Shown: positions 9,043 to 16,131, counted from the first letter of the stretch. The stretch is 35,033 nucleotides of DNA from Parcubacteria group bacterium GW2011_GWA2_37_10 (GCA_000992015.1 LBSQ01000004.1:1-35033); one strand, 5' to 3'. Notes: generated by a model not told the origin, from the letters alone. Made by a program: numbers and translations.

Positions 9043-9513
9043 ATGCGTAGAGCTTACAAAAAACATAAAATAGCGCCAGACCCCATTTATAGCGATGTGG
9101 TGGTTTCGCAATTTGTAAATAAAGTGATGAAGCGGGGCAAAAAAACAACTGCGCAAAAAATTGTTTACAGCGCTTTTAATATAATAAAACAAAAAACAAA
9201 CAAAGAGCCATTAGAAATTTTTAAACAGGCAATTGAAAATGCTTCGCCCATTTTGGAAGTGAAGCCAAAAAGAATTGGAGGAGCCACTTATCAGGTTCCA
9301 ATGGAAGTGAGGGGAGAAAGAAAATTGGCGTTGGCTGTCAAGTGGATTCTTGACGGAGCAAGAGCCAAAAAAGGAAAACCAATGGCTGAAAAGTTAGCGC
9401 AGGAATTAATTGACTGCGTGAATAATCAGGGAAACGCAATTAAAAAGAAAGCAGACACCCACAGAATGGCCGAAGCAAACAAGGCTTTTGCGCACTTTGC
9501 CCGCTCCCGATAA
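9043..9513 (+). CDS. rpsG: 30S ribosomal protein uS7
   Basis: [37 protein letters not shown], and its position after rpsL. Confidence 0.95.
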   Translation: MRRAYKKHKIAPDPIYSDVVVSQFVNKVMKRGKKTTAQKIVYSAFNIIKQKTNKEPLEIFKQAIENASPILEVKPKRIGGATYQVPMEVRGERKLALAVKWILDGARAKKGKPMAEKLAQELIDCVNNQGNAIKKKADTHRMAEANKAFAHFARSR

Positions 9514-9519
9514 AAAAAG

Positions 9520-9543
9520 ACACGCGAAATCCTTTTCGCGTGT
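9520..9543. terminator. bidirectional terminator between rpsG (+) and cassette B (-)
   Basis: ACACGCGAAA tcct TTTCGCGTGT: perfect 10-bp stem. An A-run precedes it, which reads as a T-run on the minus strand; TTGCTGTTT follows it. Confidence 0.7.
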
Positions 9544-9571
9544 TTGCTGTTTGACGGCCGTTTAGCCGGAG

Positions 9572-9829
9572 TTAGCCGATGACATAAACTTCGGCGCCGC
9601 TCCATCCCTCTACGCTCCACTTTCTAGTATTTTTGTTATAGGTTACCTCGGGGGCGCCGGGTATGTGCAAAACGCAATAGCCAACATAGTTTCTCCGGCT
9701 GGCGATTTCGCCCTCAAAGCCCGTCAAGAGTGAGGCCAAAGGAGATAGTTCGGGTTTGATGCCGAGTCTTACAACCCTTATTTTCTGTCCGCCTTGCAGT
9801 AAGTCCGGCGAAAAAATTTGTTCAAACAT
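9572..9829 (-). CDS. small hypothetical protein (85 aa), GC-rich cassette B, antisense between rpsG and fusA
   Basis: AAGGAG (plus-strand ctcctt, 9837-9842) lies 7 nt before the ATG. A hand count of one 60-nt sample gave about 50% GC. Its own terminator is at 9520-9543. Confidence 0.65.
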   Translation of the reverse strand: MFEQIFSPDLLQGGQKIRVVRLGIKPELSPLASLLTGFEGEIASRRNYVGYCVLHIPGAPEVTYNKNTRKWSVEGWSGAEVYVIG

Positions 9830-9929
9830 AGCTGAACTCCTTGATTGGTGGTGAAAAGGACTAATAAAAATACATTACAAAATAAAATAAAAAAATCGCA
9901 ATGACGAAATAAATATAATTTGAAAATAT

Positions 9930-12038
9930 ATGTCTAGAGAACACGCTTTAGATACGTTAAGAAATATTGGAATTATCGCTCACATTGACGCAGGAAAAAC
10001 TACGTTCTCTGAACGGTTGCTTTTTTATACAGGAGTTTCGCATAAAATTGGAGAAGTGCACGAAGGAGATACAGTTATGGATTGGATGGTTCAGGAAAGA
10101 GAGAGGGGAATTACAATTACCTCGGCCGCCACAACAATGTACTGGAGAAATCATCAGATAAACCTGATTGATACTCCAGGCCACATTGATTTTACAGCAG
10201 AAGTGCAGAGGTCTTTGCGAGTTTTAGACGGCGCAGTTGTTGTTTTTGACGGAGTTGCCGGAGTAGAACCGCAATCTGAAACAGTATGGCGCCAGGCAGA
10301 CAAATATAATGTTCCGCGCATTTGCTTTATCAATAAATTAGACAGAATGGGGGCCAGTTTTGAAAAGAGTTTTCAGTCAATTTTGAATAAATTAACTCCG
10401 AATGCGGTGGCAGTAACCATTCCAATGGGATTGGAAGAAAAACTATCCGGAGTTGTAGATTTAATAAAAATGAAGGCGCTTTATTTTGAGGGAGAAAAGG
10501 GAATTGATGTTGTTGAAAAAGAAATTCCCGAAGAGTGGAAAGTTGAGGCCGAAATATGGCGCAGAAAAATAATTGAAAAAGTTGCCGGCGAAGATAATAC
10601 TTTGACGGAAAAGTTTTTAGAAGGAAAAGAAATTTCAGTTGAGGAAATAAAAAATGTTTTGAGAAAATCAGTTTTAAATTATAAATTGGTGCCGGTATTT
10701 TGCGGAAGCGCCTTGAAAAATAAGGGAGTGCAGACAATTTTAGACGCGGTTGTTGAATTACTGCCTTCGCCGCTGGACGTAGTTTCACAAAAAGGAACCG
10801 ACCCAAAAACCGGAGCTGTAATAGAAAAAAAAGCAGATGACAACGAACCGTTTTCAGCTTTGGTTTTTAAGGTAGCCACAGACCCCTATGTCGGAACTTT
10901 AACTTATTTTAGAGTTTATTCCGGAGCTTTGAATAAAGGTTCTTATGTTTTGAATGCAAATACAGGAGAACAAGAAAGAATTGCCAGAATTTTGAGAATG
11001 CACGCAGACGAAAGGCAGGAGTTAGATGTTATTTATGCGGGCGAAATTGGAGCAACTGTGGGATTAAAAGCAACAAGCACGGGCCACACATTGTGCGACA
11101 AAGACCATCAGGTTATTTTAGAAAAAATTGTATTTCCAGAACCGGTTATCGGAATTAGGGTTGAGCCAAAAACAAAAGCAGACCAGGAAAAACTCATTAT
11201 GTCTATTAGAAAGTTAACCGAAGAAGACCCAACTTTTAGAATTAAGGAAGATATTGAAACCGGCGAAACAATTATTTCCGGCATGGGAGAATTGCATTTG
11301 GATATTATTGCAGACAGATTAAAAAGAGAATTTAAAGTTGAGGCTAATTACGGCAAGCCGCAGGTGGCATATAGAGAAACAATTACAGCCGAAGCAAATG
11401 GAGAAGAAAAATATGTGAGGCAGTCTGGCGGAAAAGGACAATACGGACACGTATTATTAAAAATAAAACCAAAAGAAAGAGGAGCCGGTTTTGAATTTAT
11501 TGATGAAATTAAAGGGGGAGCCATTCCAAAAGAATTTATTAAACCGGTAGAAAAAGGAGTTATTGAAGCGTTAGATAAGGGAATTGTAGCCGGATATACA
11601 ATGGTTGATGTTGAGGTTACATTATATGACGGGAGCTATCACGATGTTGATTCGTCTGAATTCGCTTTTAAAATTGCAGGTTCAATGGCTCTTCAAAAAG
11701 CCGCCAGAGCCGCAAAACCGGTTATTTTAGAGCCGGTTATGAAAATTGAAATTGTAACTCCTGAAAATTTCTTCGGGCAGGTTATTTCTGATGTAAGTTC
11801 AAGAAGAGGAAAAATTGAAGAAACAAGCGAGAGGGTTGGAATGAAAGTTGTTGATGCCTTTGTGCCGTTGTCTGAAACATTCGGATACGCAACATCTTTG
11901 CGTTCGCTTACAGAAGGCAGAGCAAGCGAGCGTGGCAATCTAAGGTTTTTGTGCGTTAACTCTGGATTGCTTCGTCGTTTTACTCCTCGCAATGACAGTT
12001 ACGAGATAATTTTGCAAATAAAAAGCGCCTCGGTCTGA
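9930..12038 (+). CDS. fusA: translation elongation factor G with an aberrant, repeat-derived C-terminus
   Basis: [18 protein letters not shown] and all five domains are recognisable up to ...[11 protein letters not shown]. The last 36 codons ([24 protein letters not shown]...) are read from a P-element copy and a cassette terminator. Confidence 0.85.
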   Translation: MSREHALDTLRNIGIIAHIDAGKTTFSERLLFYTGVSHKIGEVHEGDTVMDWMVQERERGITITSAATTMYWRNHQINLIDTPGHIDFTAEVQRSLRVLDGAVVVFDGVAGVEPQSETVWRQADKYNVPRICFINKLDRMGASFEKSFQSILNKLTPNAVAVTIPMGLEEKLSGVVDLIKMKALYFEGEKGIDVVEKEIPEEWKVEAEIWRRKIIEKVAGEDNTLTEKFLEGKEISVEEIKNVLRKSVLNYKLVPVFCGSALKNKGVQTILDAVVELLPSPLDVVSQKGTDPKTGAVIEKKADDNEPFSALVFKVATDPYVGTLTYFRVYSGALNKGSYVLNANTGEQERIARILRMHADERQELDVIYAGEIGATVGLKATSTGHTLCDKDHQVILEKIVFPEPVIGIRVEPKTKADQEKLIMSIRKLTEEDPTFRIKEDIETGETIISGMGELHLDIIADRLKREFKVEANYGKPQVAYRETITAEANGEEKYVRQSGGKGQYGHVLLKIKPKERGAGFEFIDEIKGGAIPKEFIKPVEKGVIEALDKGIVAGYTMVDVEVTLYDGSYHDVDSSEFAFKIAGSMALQKAARAAKPVILEPVMKIEIVTPENFFGQVISDVSSRRGKIEETSERVGMKVVDAFVPLSETFGYATSLRSLTEGRASERGNLRFLCVNSGLLRRFTPRNDSYEIILQIKSASV
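11925..11998 (+). repeat. P-element copy P0 (mainly the right half), fused to the fusA 3' end
   Basis: ...GGCAATCT...AACTCTGGATTGCTTCGTCGTTTTACTCCTCGCAATGACAG is close to the right arm of P1 (17155-17220). Confidence 0.7.
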
Positions 12039-12139
12039 AATTTCTGTTTCAGCCCTCGGCGCGCGAGAGTTGCGAGAACTCTTTACAGCCGGCTTTGCGA
12101 AGCCCCTATTGAAGTCTTGCGCAATATTTTTTGCGGGTC

Positions 12140-12427
12140 TCAGTGTCGTTTTAATTTGCGACTCTCTTCGATGAGATCAATAAGGATATCGGCAAGATCG
12201 ACGAACCTTTGCGGCTCGGAAACTTTTTCCGGCGGCTCGGGAATTTCCCGCTTCATGACGGCTTCGTAGATTTTCCGTGGCTCAACCTTGCCGGGTGATG
12301 TTTCGACCAAAGTTTCCGTCTGTTACCAGCCAGTGCTTTCCCAGCCGAACTTGCCGCGCCCGTTCATCGCCATCACTAACGACTTGAGGCAGCCTCTGGA
12401 AACCTCATCGTATTTCCACCTCTTCAT
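12140..12427 (-). pseudogene. GC-rich cassette C: 95-codon frame interrupted by one in-frame TAA
   Basis: AAGGAG (12435-12440 on the plus strand) lies 7 nt before the ATG (12425-12427). Reads MKRWKYDEV...STGW, then TAA (12323-12325), then QTETLVE...ESRKLKRH and a stop at 12140-12142. Confidence 0.5.
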
Positions 12428-12487
12428 TGTAACGCTCCTTAAAATAGGGGTTGAGATGTCAAAAAGCGAACTTTGACCCGATTTTTA

Positions 12488-12516
12488 ATTATGCACCCGA
12501 TATGGGTATTTGTCAA
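12488..12516 (-). promoter_or_regulatory. candidate promoter of cassette C
   Basis: On the minus strand, TTGACA (12511-12516) - 17 nt - CATAAT (12488-12493). Confidence 0.45.
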
Positions 12517-12520
12517 TCGT

Positions 12521-12548
12521 TTGACAAGCGTTTGTGAAATGATAAAAT
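12521..12548 (+). promoter_or_regulatory. candidate promoter of the Zn-ribbon ORF; likely gives a leaderless mRNA
   Basis: TTGACA - 16 nt - TAAAAT. The ATG at 12555 starts 6 nt after the -10 box. Confidence 0.5.
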
Positions 12549-12554
12549 TATAGT

Positions 12555-12731
12555 ATGAATGTATCAAAATGCGATTTATGCAAAAAAGAAATTAAAGGAC
12601 AGCCATTAACTGTCGGTCGTGGATTTTTTCATGACGTAAAAGAAATATGCGACGACTGCGGTAAACCAGTTTTAGAGTTTTTAAGAAAAAATAAATTTAT
12701 TAAAGAAGAAAAAAATAATAAAAAAAATTAA
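12555..12731 (+). CDS. small zinc-ribbon protein (58 aa), CxxC...CxxC
   Basis: Not in the track because it is under 60 aa. MNVSKCDLCKKEIKG...ICDDCGKPVLEFL, Lys-rich tail, native low-GC composition, promoter directly upstream. Confidence 0.5.
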   Translation: MNVSKCDLCKKEIKGQPLTVGRGFFHDVKEICDDCGKPVLEFLRKNKFIKEEKNNKKN

Positions 12732-12735
12732 AAAT

Positions 12736-12996
12736 ATGCTTGATGAGCAGGATATAAGCAAAATAAAAAAACTTCTTGAGCCTCTCGCGACAAAACAAGA
12801 TTTGGAGCAAGAAAGAGATTTTCTGGCTAGAATGATGAAAAACAGTTTTGATGTAACGCCAACCAGAAACGAAATGGCAGAGGGTTTTAATATGATGCGA
12901 AATGAGTTTAAGTCTGTGAACGAAAAATTAGACAAAAAGTTGGAGGGCGTAGACAAAAGAGTGTCACATATTGAAGAATCTTTGGTTATAAAATAA
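12736..12996 (+). CDS. small coiled-coil protein (86 aa), function unknown
   Basis: ATG lies 4 nt after the previous stop. Heptad-like, charged sequence with native composition. Confidence 0.5.
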   Translation: MLDEQDISKIKKLLEPLATKQDLEQERDFLARMMKNSFDVTPTRNEMAEGFNMMRNEFKSVNEKLDKKLEGVDKRVSHIEESLVIK

Positions 12997-13046
12997 ATGT
13001 TTTTTTACAAAAACGATTAACTTCGCCTTTTTTTATTAATTGGGAG

Positions 13047-13075
13047 TTGACTTATTTTAAATAATATAATAGAAT
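13047..13075 (+). promoter_or_regulatory. candidate promoter of tuf-rpsJ
   Basis: TTGACT - 17 nt - TAGAAT. Confidence 0.55.
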
Positions 13076-13110
13076 ACAATAACATTATTATAAATTAAAC
13101 GAAGCAGGGC

Positions 13111-13161
13111 ATATCCTTCGCCTGCGGGCTCAGGATGATTTACTCGCTTCGCTCATAAATC
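13111..13161 (+). repeat. R1 leader element, copy 1 (tuf)
   Basis: ATCCT-TCG-CCTGCGGG-CTC-AGGAT hairpin, mini-ORF ATG ATT TAC TCG CTT CGC TCA TAA (13135-13158), then ATC and the tuf ATG at 13162. Confidence 0.8.
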
Positions 13162-14358
13162 ATGGCAACAGAAAAATTTGAGAGGTCTAAACCTCACGTA
13201 AACATTGGTACCATTGGCCACGTAGACCATGGAAAAACCACATTGTCAGCCGCAATTATGAAGGTTTCAAAATTGCGCGGTTTTAAGTCTTCAGACAAAA
13301 ACGTTGACCAAATTGACGCTTCGCCTGAAGAAAAGGCAAGAGGGGTGACAATTTCTATTACACATTTGGAATGCGAGACTCCAAAAAGGCACTATGCTCT
13401 AATTGACTGCCCCGGACACGCTGACTACATTAAAAATATGATTACGGGAGCCGCTCAAATGGACGGCGGAATTTTGTTAGTTTCAGCTCCAGACGGACCT
13501 ATGCCGCAAACCAAAGAGCACATTTTGTTAGCCCGCCAAGTTGGCTTGCCGAGCTTGGTTGTGTTTATGAACAAGTGCGACATGGTTGATGACCCTGAAA
13601 TTTTGGACTTAGTTGAATCTGAGGTAAGAGAACTTTTAAAGAAAAATAAATATCCTGGAGATGAAACTCCTATTATAAGAGGTTCTGCCCTGAAAGCTTT
13701 AGAAGCCACATCGGTTGATGATCCGGCCGTAAAACCTATTATTGAATTAATGGATGCTGTTGATAATTTTGTTAAGGAGCCCGTAAGAGAACTAGATAAA
13801 CCGTTTGCAATGGCAATTGAAGACGTGTTTTCAATTGAAGGAAGGGGAACAGTTGCAACAGGAAGAATTGAAAGAGGAGTTATAAAACCAAACGAAGAGG
13901 TTGAAATAATCGGTATAAAGCCAACACAAAAAACAGTTGTTGTTTCGGTTGAAATGTTCCAGAAATCGCTTGATGAAGGAAGAGCCGGCGACAATGTCGG
14001 AATTTTGTTAAGGGGTTTGAAAAAAGAGGATATTGAAAGAGGCCAAGTAATCTGCAAGCCCGGAAGCATTACTCCTCACACTGAATTTGAAGGAGAAGTT
14101 TATGTTTTATCTAAAGAGGAAGGCGGAAGGCACACCCCATTTTTTACAGGATACAAACCTCAGCTTTATATCCGAACATCAGACATAACAGGTGACGTAA
14201 CTTTGCCAGAAGGAACAGAAATGGTAATGCCAGGAGATACAGCTAATTTGAAAGTTAAATTGATTGCGCCGATCGCTCTGGAGGAAAAAGGAAATTTTGC
14301 TATTAGAGAAGGAGGCAAAACAGTGGGAGCAGGAGTGGTAACTAAAATAACCAAGTAG
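13162..14358 (+). CDS. tuf: translation elongation factor Tu
   Basis: [28 protein letters not shown]; full-length EF-Tu. Confidence 0.97.
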   Translation: MATEKFERSKPHVNIGTIGHVDHGKTTLSAAIMKVSKLRGFKSSDKNVDQIDASPEEKARGVTISITHLECETPKRHYALIDCPGHADYIKNMITGAAQMDGGILLVSAPDGPMPQTKEHILLARQVGLPSLVVFMNKCDMVDDPEILDLVESEVRELLKKNKYPGDETPIIRGSALKALEATSVDDPAVKPIIELMDAVDNFVKEPVRELDKPFAMAIEDVFSIEGRGTVATGRIERGVIKPNEEVEIIGIKPTQKTVVVSVEMFQKSLDEGRAGDNVGILLRGLKKEDIERGQVICKPGSITPHTEFEGEVYVLSKEEGGRHTPFFTGYKPQLYIRTSDITGDVTLPEGTEMVMPGDTANLKVKLIAPIALEEKGNFAIREGGKTVGAGVVTKITK

Positions 14359-14360
14359 AA

Positions 14361-14783
14361 ATGCCCGTTAAAAACCCAGCCGTAAAAAAGATAAGGGAGC
14401 GGAGCGAACACTTACCCCGAGCAACAGCGAAGGGAAAAAAAGATGAAGACGTAAAGGTAGAAAAAGAAGCCCCGGAAACGAGGCAGAAGCTTAGGATAAA
14501 ACTTAAAGCATATGACCACAAAATAATTGACAATTCAGCCCGCCAGATAATAGATATCGCAAATCGTTACGGGGCTGAGGTTGTGGGGCCGGTTCCCTTG
14601 CCAACTGAGATATTAAAATTTACGGTGAACAGGTCAACCTTTGTGCATAAAGACGCGAGGGAGCAGTTTGAAATGAGAGTCCACAAAAGAATTATTGATA
14701 TTATCAGTCCTAATGCAGATATAATAGAAGCCCTGCGCGACTTGAATTTGCCTTCAGGTGTTGACATTACGATAAAAATTTAA
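14361..14783 (+). CDS. rpsJ: 30S ribosomal protein uS10 with an N-terminal extension of about 38 aa
   Basis: The core [16 protein letters not shown]...PLPT...[20 protein letters not shown] is canonical. There is no internal Met, so the start at 14361 (2 nt after the tuf stop) is retained. Confidence 0.9.
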   Translation: MPVKNPAVKKIRERSEHLPRATAKGKKDEDVKVEKEAPETRQKLRIKLKAYDHKIIDNSARQIIDIANRYGAEVVGPVPLPTEILKFTVNRSTFVHKDAREQFEMRVHKRIIDIISPNADIIEALRDLNLPSGVDITIKI

Positions 14784-14806
14784 AAGTTTAGAAAAGTCCG
14801 AAAGTC

Positions 14807-14834
14807 TTGACAACAGGTTTGGATCTGCTATACT
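14807..14834 (+). promoter_or_regulatory. candidate promoter downstream of rpsJ
   Basis: TTGACA - 16 nt - TATACT with an extended -10 (TGc). Drives the tRNA-like gene and/or a short transcript ending at GTCCttcacgGGGCTTTTTT (about 14903-14923). Confidence 0.45.
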
Positions 14835-14954
14835 TAAATAAAGGCAGAGTAATCTATATAAACTATGGGTTATACTGTTGCTTGTCAGACAAAAGAGTCC
14901 TTCACGGGGCTTTTTTGTTTTTATATTTTTGATATAATAAATTTGTGGATCTGA

Positions 14955-15028
14955 GGGCCCGTAGTTTCATATAGTTAAAACTTTGCCTTTGACAAGCAAC
15001 GTAGCGGGTGCAACTCCCGCCGGGTCCA
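14955..15028 (+). tRNA. atypical tRNA-like gene; isotype ambiguous
   Basis: Acceptor GGGCCCG/CGGGTCC, D stem GTTT/AAAC, T arm GCGGG-TGCAACT-CCCGC, discriminator A. The anticodon stem TTGC(C)/(A)GCAA closes on a C.A mismatch, with loop UUUGACA. The 7-nt parse gives anticodon UGA with C37. A 9-nt loop parse puts GAC between U33 and A37. Confidence 0.5.
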
Positions 15029-15035
15029 CCCCAAA

Positions 15036-15064
15036 AAATCTGTCATTTTCTGACGGATTTTTTG
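15036..15064 (+). terminator. rho-independent terminator after the tRNA-like gene
   Basis: AAATCTGTCA ttttc TGACGGATTT, followed by further T residues. Confidence 0.7.
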
Positions 15065-15078
15065 TTTTCACCGCCTAG

Positions 15079-15107
15079 TTGGATTATTCTATTATTTTTG
15101 GTAGAAT
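15079..15107 (+). promoter_or_regulatory. candidate promoter of the 44-aa ORF
   Basis: TTGGAT - 17 nt - TAGAAT with an extended -10 (TGg). Confidence 0.5.
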
Positions 15108-15125
15108 AATATAAAGTAAAAAATT

Positions 15126-15260
15126 ATGTCAGAAGAATTAAAAAATTATTGTGAAGTTATTTTGACGGATTCAGAAAAATCAAAAGCCGAGCTGAAAAAA
15201 ATTTTAACAGAACACAAATTATCAATTCCCATTTTGCTGAAGTCAGAGTGGGAGAGGTAA
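15126..15260 (+). CDS. small hypothetical protein (44 aa)
   Basis: Not in the track. MSEELKNYCEVILTDSEKSKAELKKILTEHKLSIPILLKSEWER; native composition and a promoter upstream. Coding status uncertain. Confidence 0.35.
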   Translation: MSEELKNYCEVILTDSEKSKAELKKILTEHKLSIPILLKSEWER

Positions 15261-15280
15261 CCAGCAAGGCACTTGGACTG

Positions 15281-15309
15281 TTGACACGGAAACTAAAATA
15301 GACTATACT
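15281..15309 (+). promoter_or_regulatory. candidate promoter of rplC
   Basis: TTGACA - 17 nt - TATACT. Confidence 0.55.
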
Positions 15310-15441
15310 ATAAAATATACAATAAAGTTAGTTATTTACGCGATTGTTAACTTCCCAGCCTAAAGCTAAAGCATTATGGCGGGTAACAACATTGCTCCGA
15401 AGAATCGGGCAAGCGCCCGATTTTTCATTAGCAAAACAAAC

Positions 15442-16059
15442 ATGAAATTTATATTAGGTCAAAAAATAGGAATGTCCCAGTTGTTTGATAAAGACGGTAA
15501 AATGATACCGGTTACTTTGGTTTCGGCCGGGCCTTGCTATGTTCTGCAGAAAAAAACAAAAGAACCCTTCGACGCGGCTCATGGCAAGAAAGACGGATAT
15601 GACGCAGTTCAGATTGGATTTGAGAAAATTACAAAAATGAATAAGCTCAGAAAAAGCTGGAAAGCGAGACCGTATAAATATGTTAAGGAATTTAGAGCGC
15701 ATAATTCGGAAACAAAAGTGGGCGATGAAATTAATGTATCTGCTTTTTCTGAAGGTGAAAAAGTAAAGGTTTCGGGAATGTCAAAGGGAAAAGGTTTTCA
15801 AGGCGGAGTCAAAAAACACGGATTTTCAGGAAGAAATGCCACTCACGGAGTAAAACACGAACACAGAACAATTGGTTCAACAGGATGTCGTTTTCCCCAG
15901 CACGTAATGAAGGGAAGAAAAATGCCCGGACGCATGGGATATGAAAGAATATCGGTTAAAAATTTAAAAATAATGAAAGTTGATAAGGAGAATAATTTAT
16001 TAGTATTAAAAGGGGCGGTTCCAGGGCACAAAGGAACATTGCTTGAGATCCGAGTTTAA
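15442..16059 (+). CDS. rplC: 50S ribosomal protein uL3
   Basis: MKFILGQKIGMSQLFDKDGKMIPVT is the canonical uL3 N-terminus, so the track start at 15376 is rejected. GKGFQGGVKKHGF motif. Contains an in-frame GC-rich insert (PFDAAHGK). Confidence 0.93.
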   Translation: MKFILGQKIGMSQLFDKDGKMIPVTLVSAGPCYVLQKKTKEPFDAAHGKKDGYDAVQIGFEKITKMNKLRKSWKARPYKYVKEFRAHNSETKVGDEINVSAFSEGEKVKVSGMSKGKGFQGGVKKHGFSGRNATHGVKHEHRTIGSTGCRFPQHVMKGRKMPGRMGYERISVKNLKIMKVDKENNLLVLKGAVPGHKGTLLEIRV

Positions 16060-16075
16060 TATTTTACAAAAAAAG

Positions 16076-16121
16076 AGCGCCTCGGCTGGAACTCGATAAA
16101 TCAAATTTCAGCCAAGGCGCT
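16076..16121 (-). terminator. terminator hairpin of cassette D
   Basis: AGCGCCTCGGCTG - 20 nt - CAGCCAAGGCGCT (13 bp, 1 mismatch). On the minus strand it is followed by CTTTTTTTGT, and it lies 10 nt past the cassette D stop. Confidence 0.65.
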
Positions 16122-16131
16122 TAACTGACGG

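Noticed and set aside
11925-12038. An intein, or a group I/II intron, interrupting fusA
   Set aside because: There is no downstream exon or extein encoding the missing EF-G C-terminus, no intein blocks and no intron-like RT or maturase ORF. The inserted sequence matches the local P-repeat family.
12039-12270. Read-through of the fusA TGA into an in-frame continuation (…LYSRLCEAPIEVLRNIF…) that might restore the EF-G C-terminus
   Set aside because: Only an E-A-P tripeptide resembles the expected YxE(A/V)P motif, and the spacing and flanking residues do not fit. The region is the GC-rich antisense of cassette C. TGA clearly acts as a stop elsewhere (adk/map ATGA overlap, alaS).
12288-12476. 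62-aa plus-strand ORF in the fusA-tuf spacer
   Set aside because: It lies antisense to cassette C. Cassette C has the promoter, SD and terminator, whereas this ORF has none of these and starts at a non-ATG codon.
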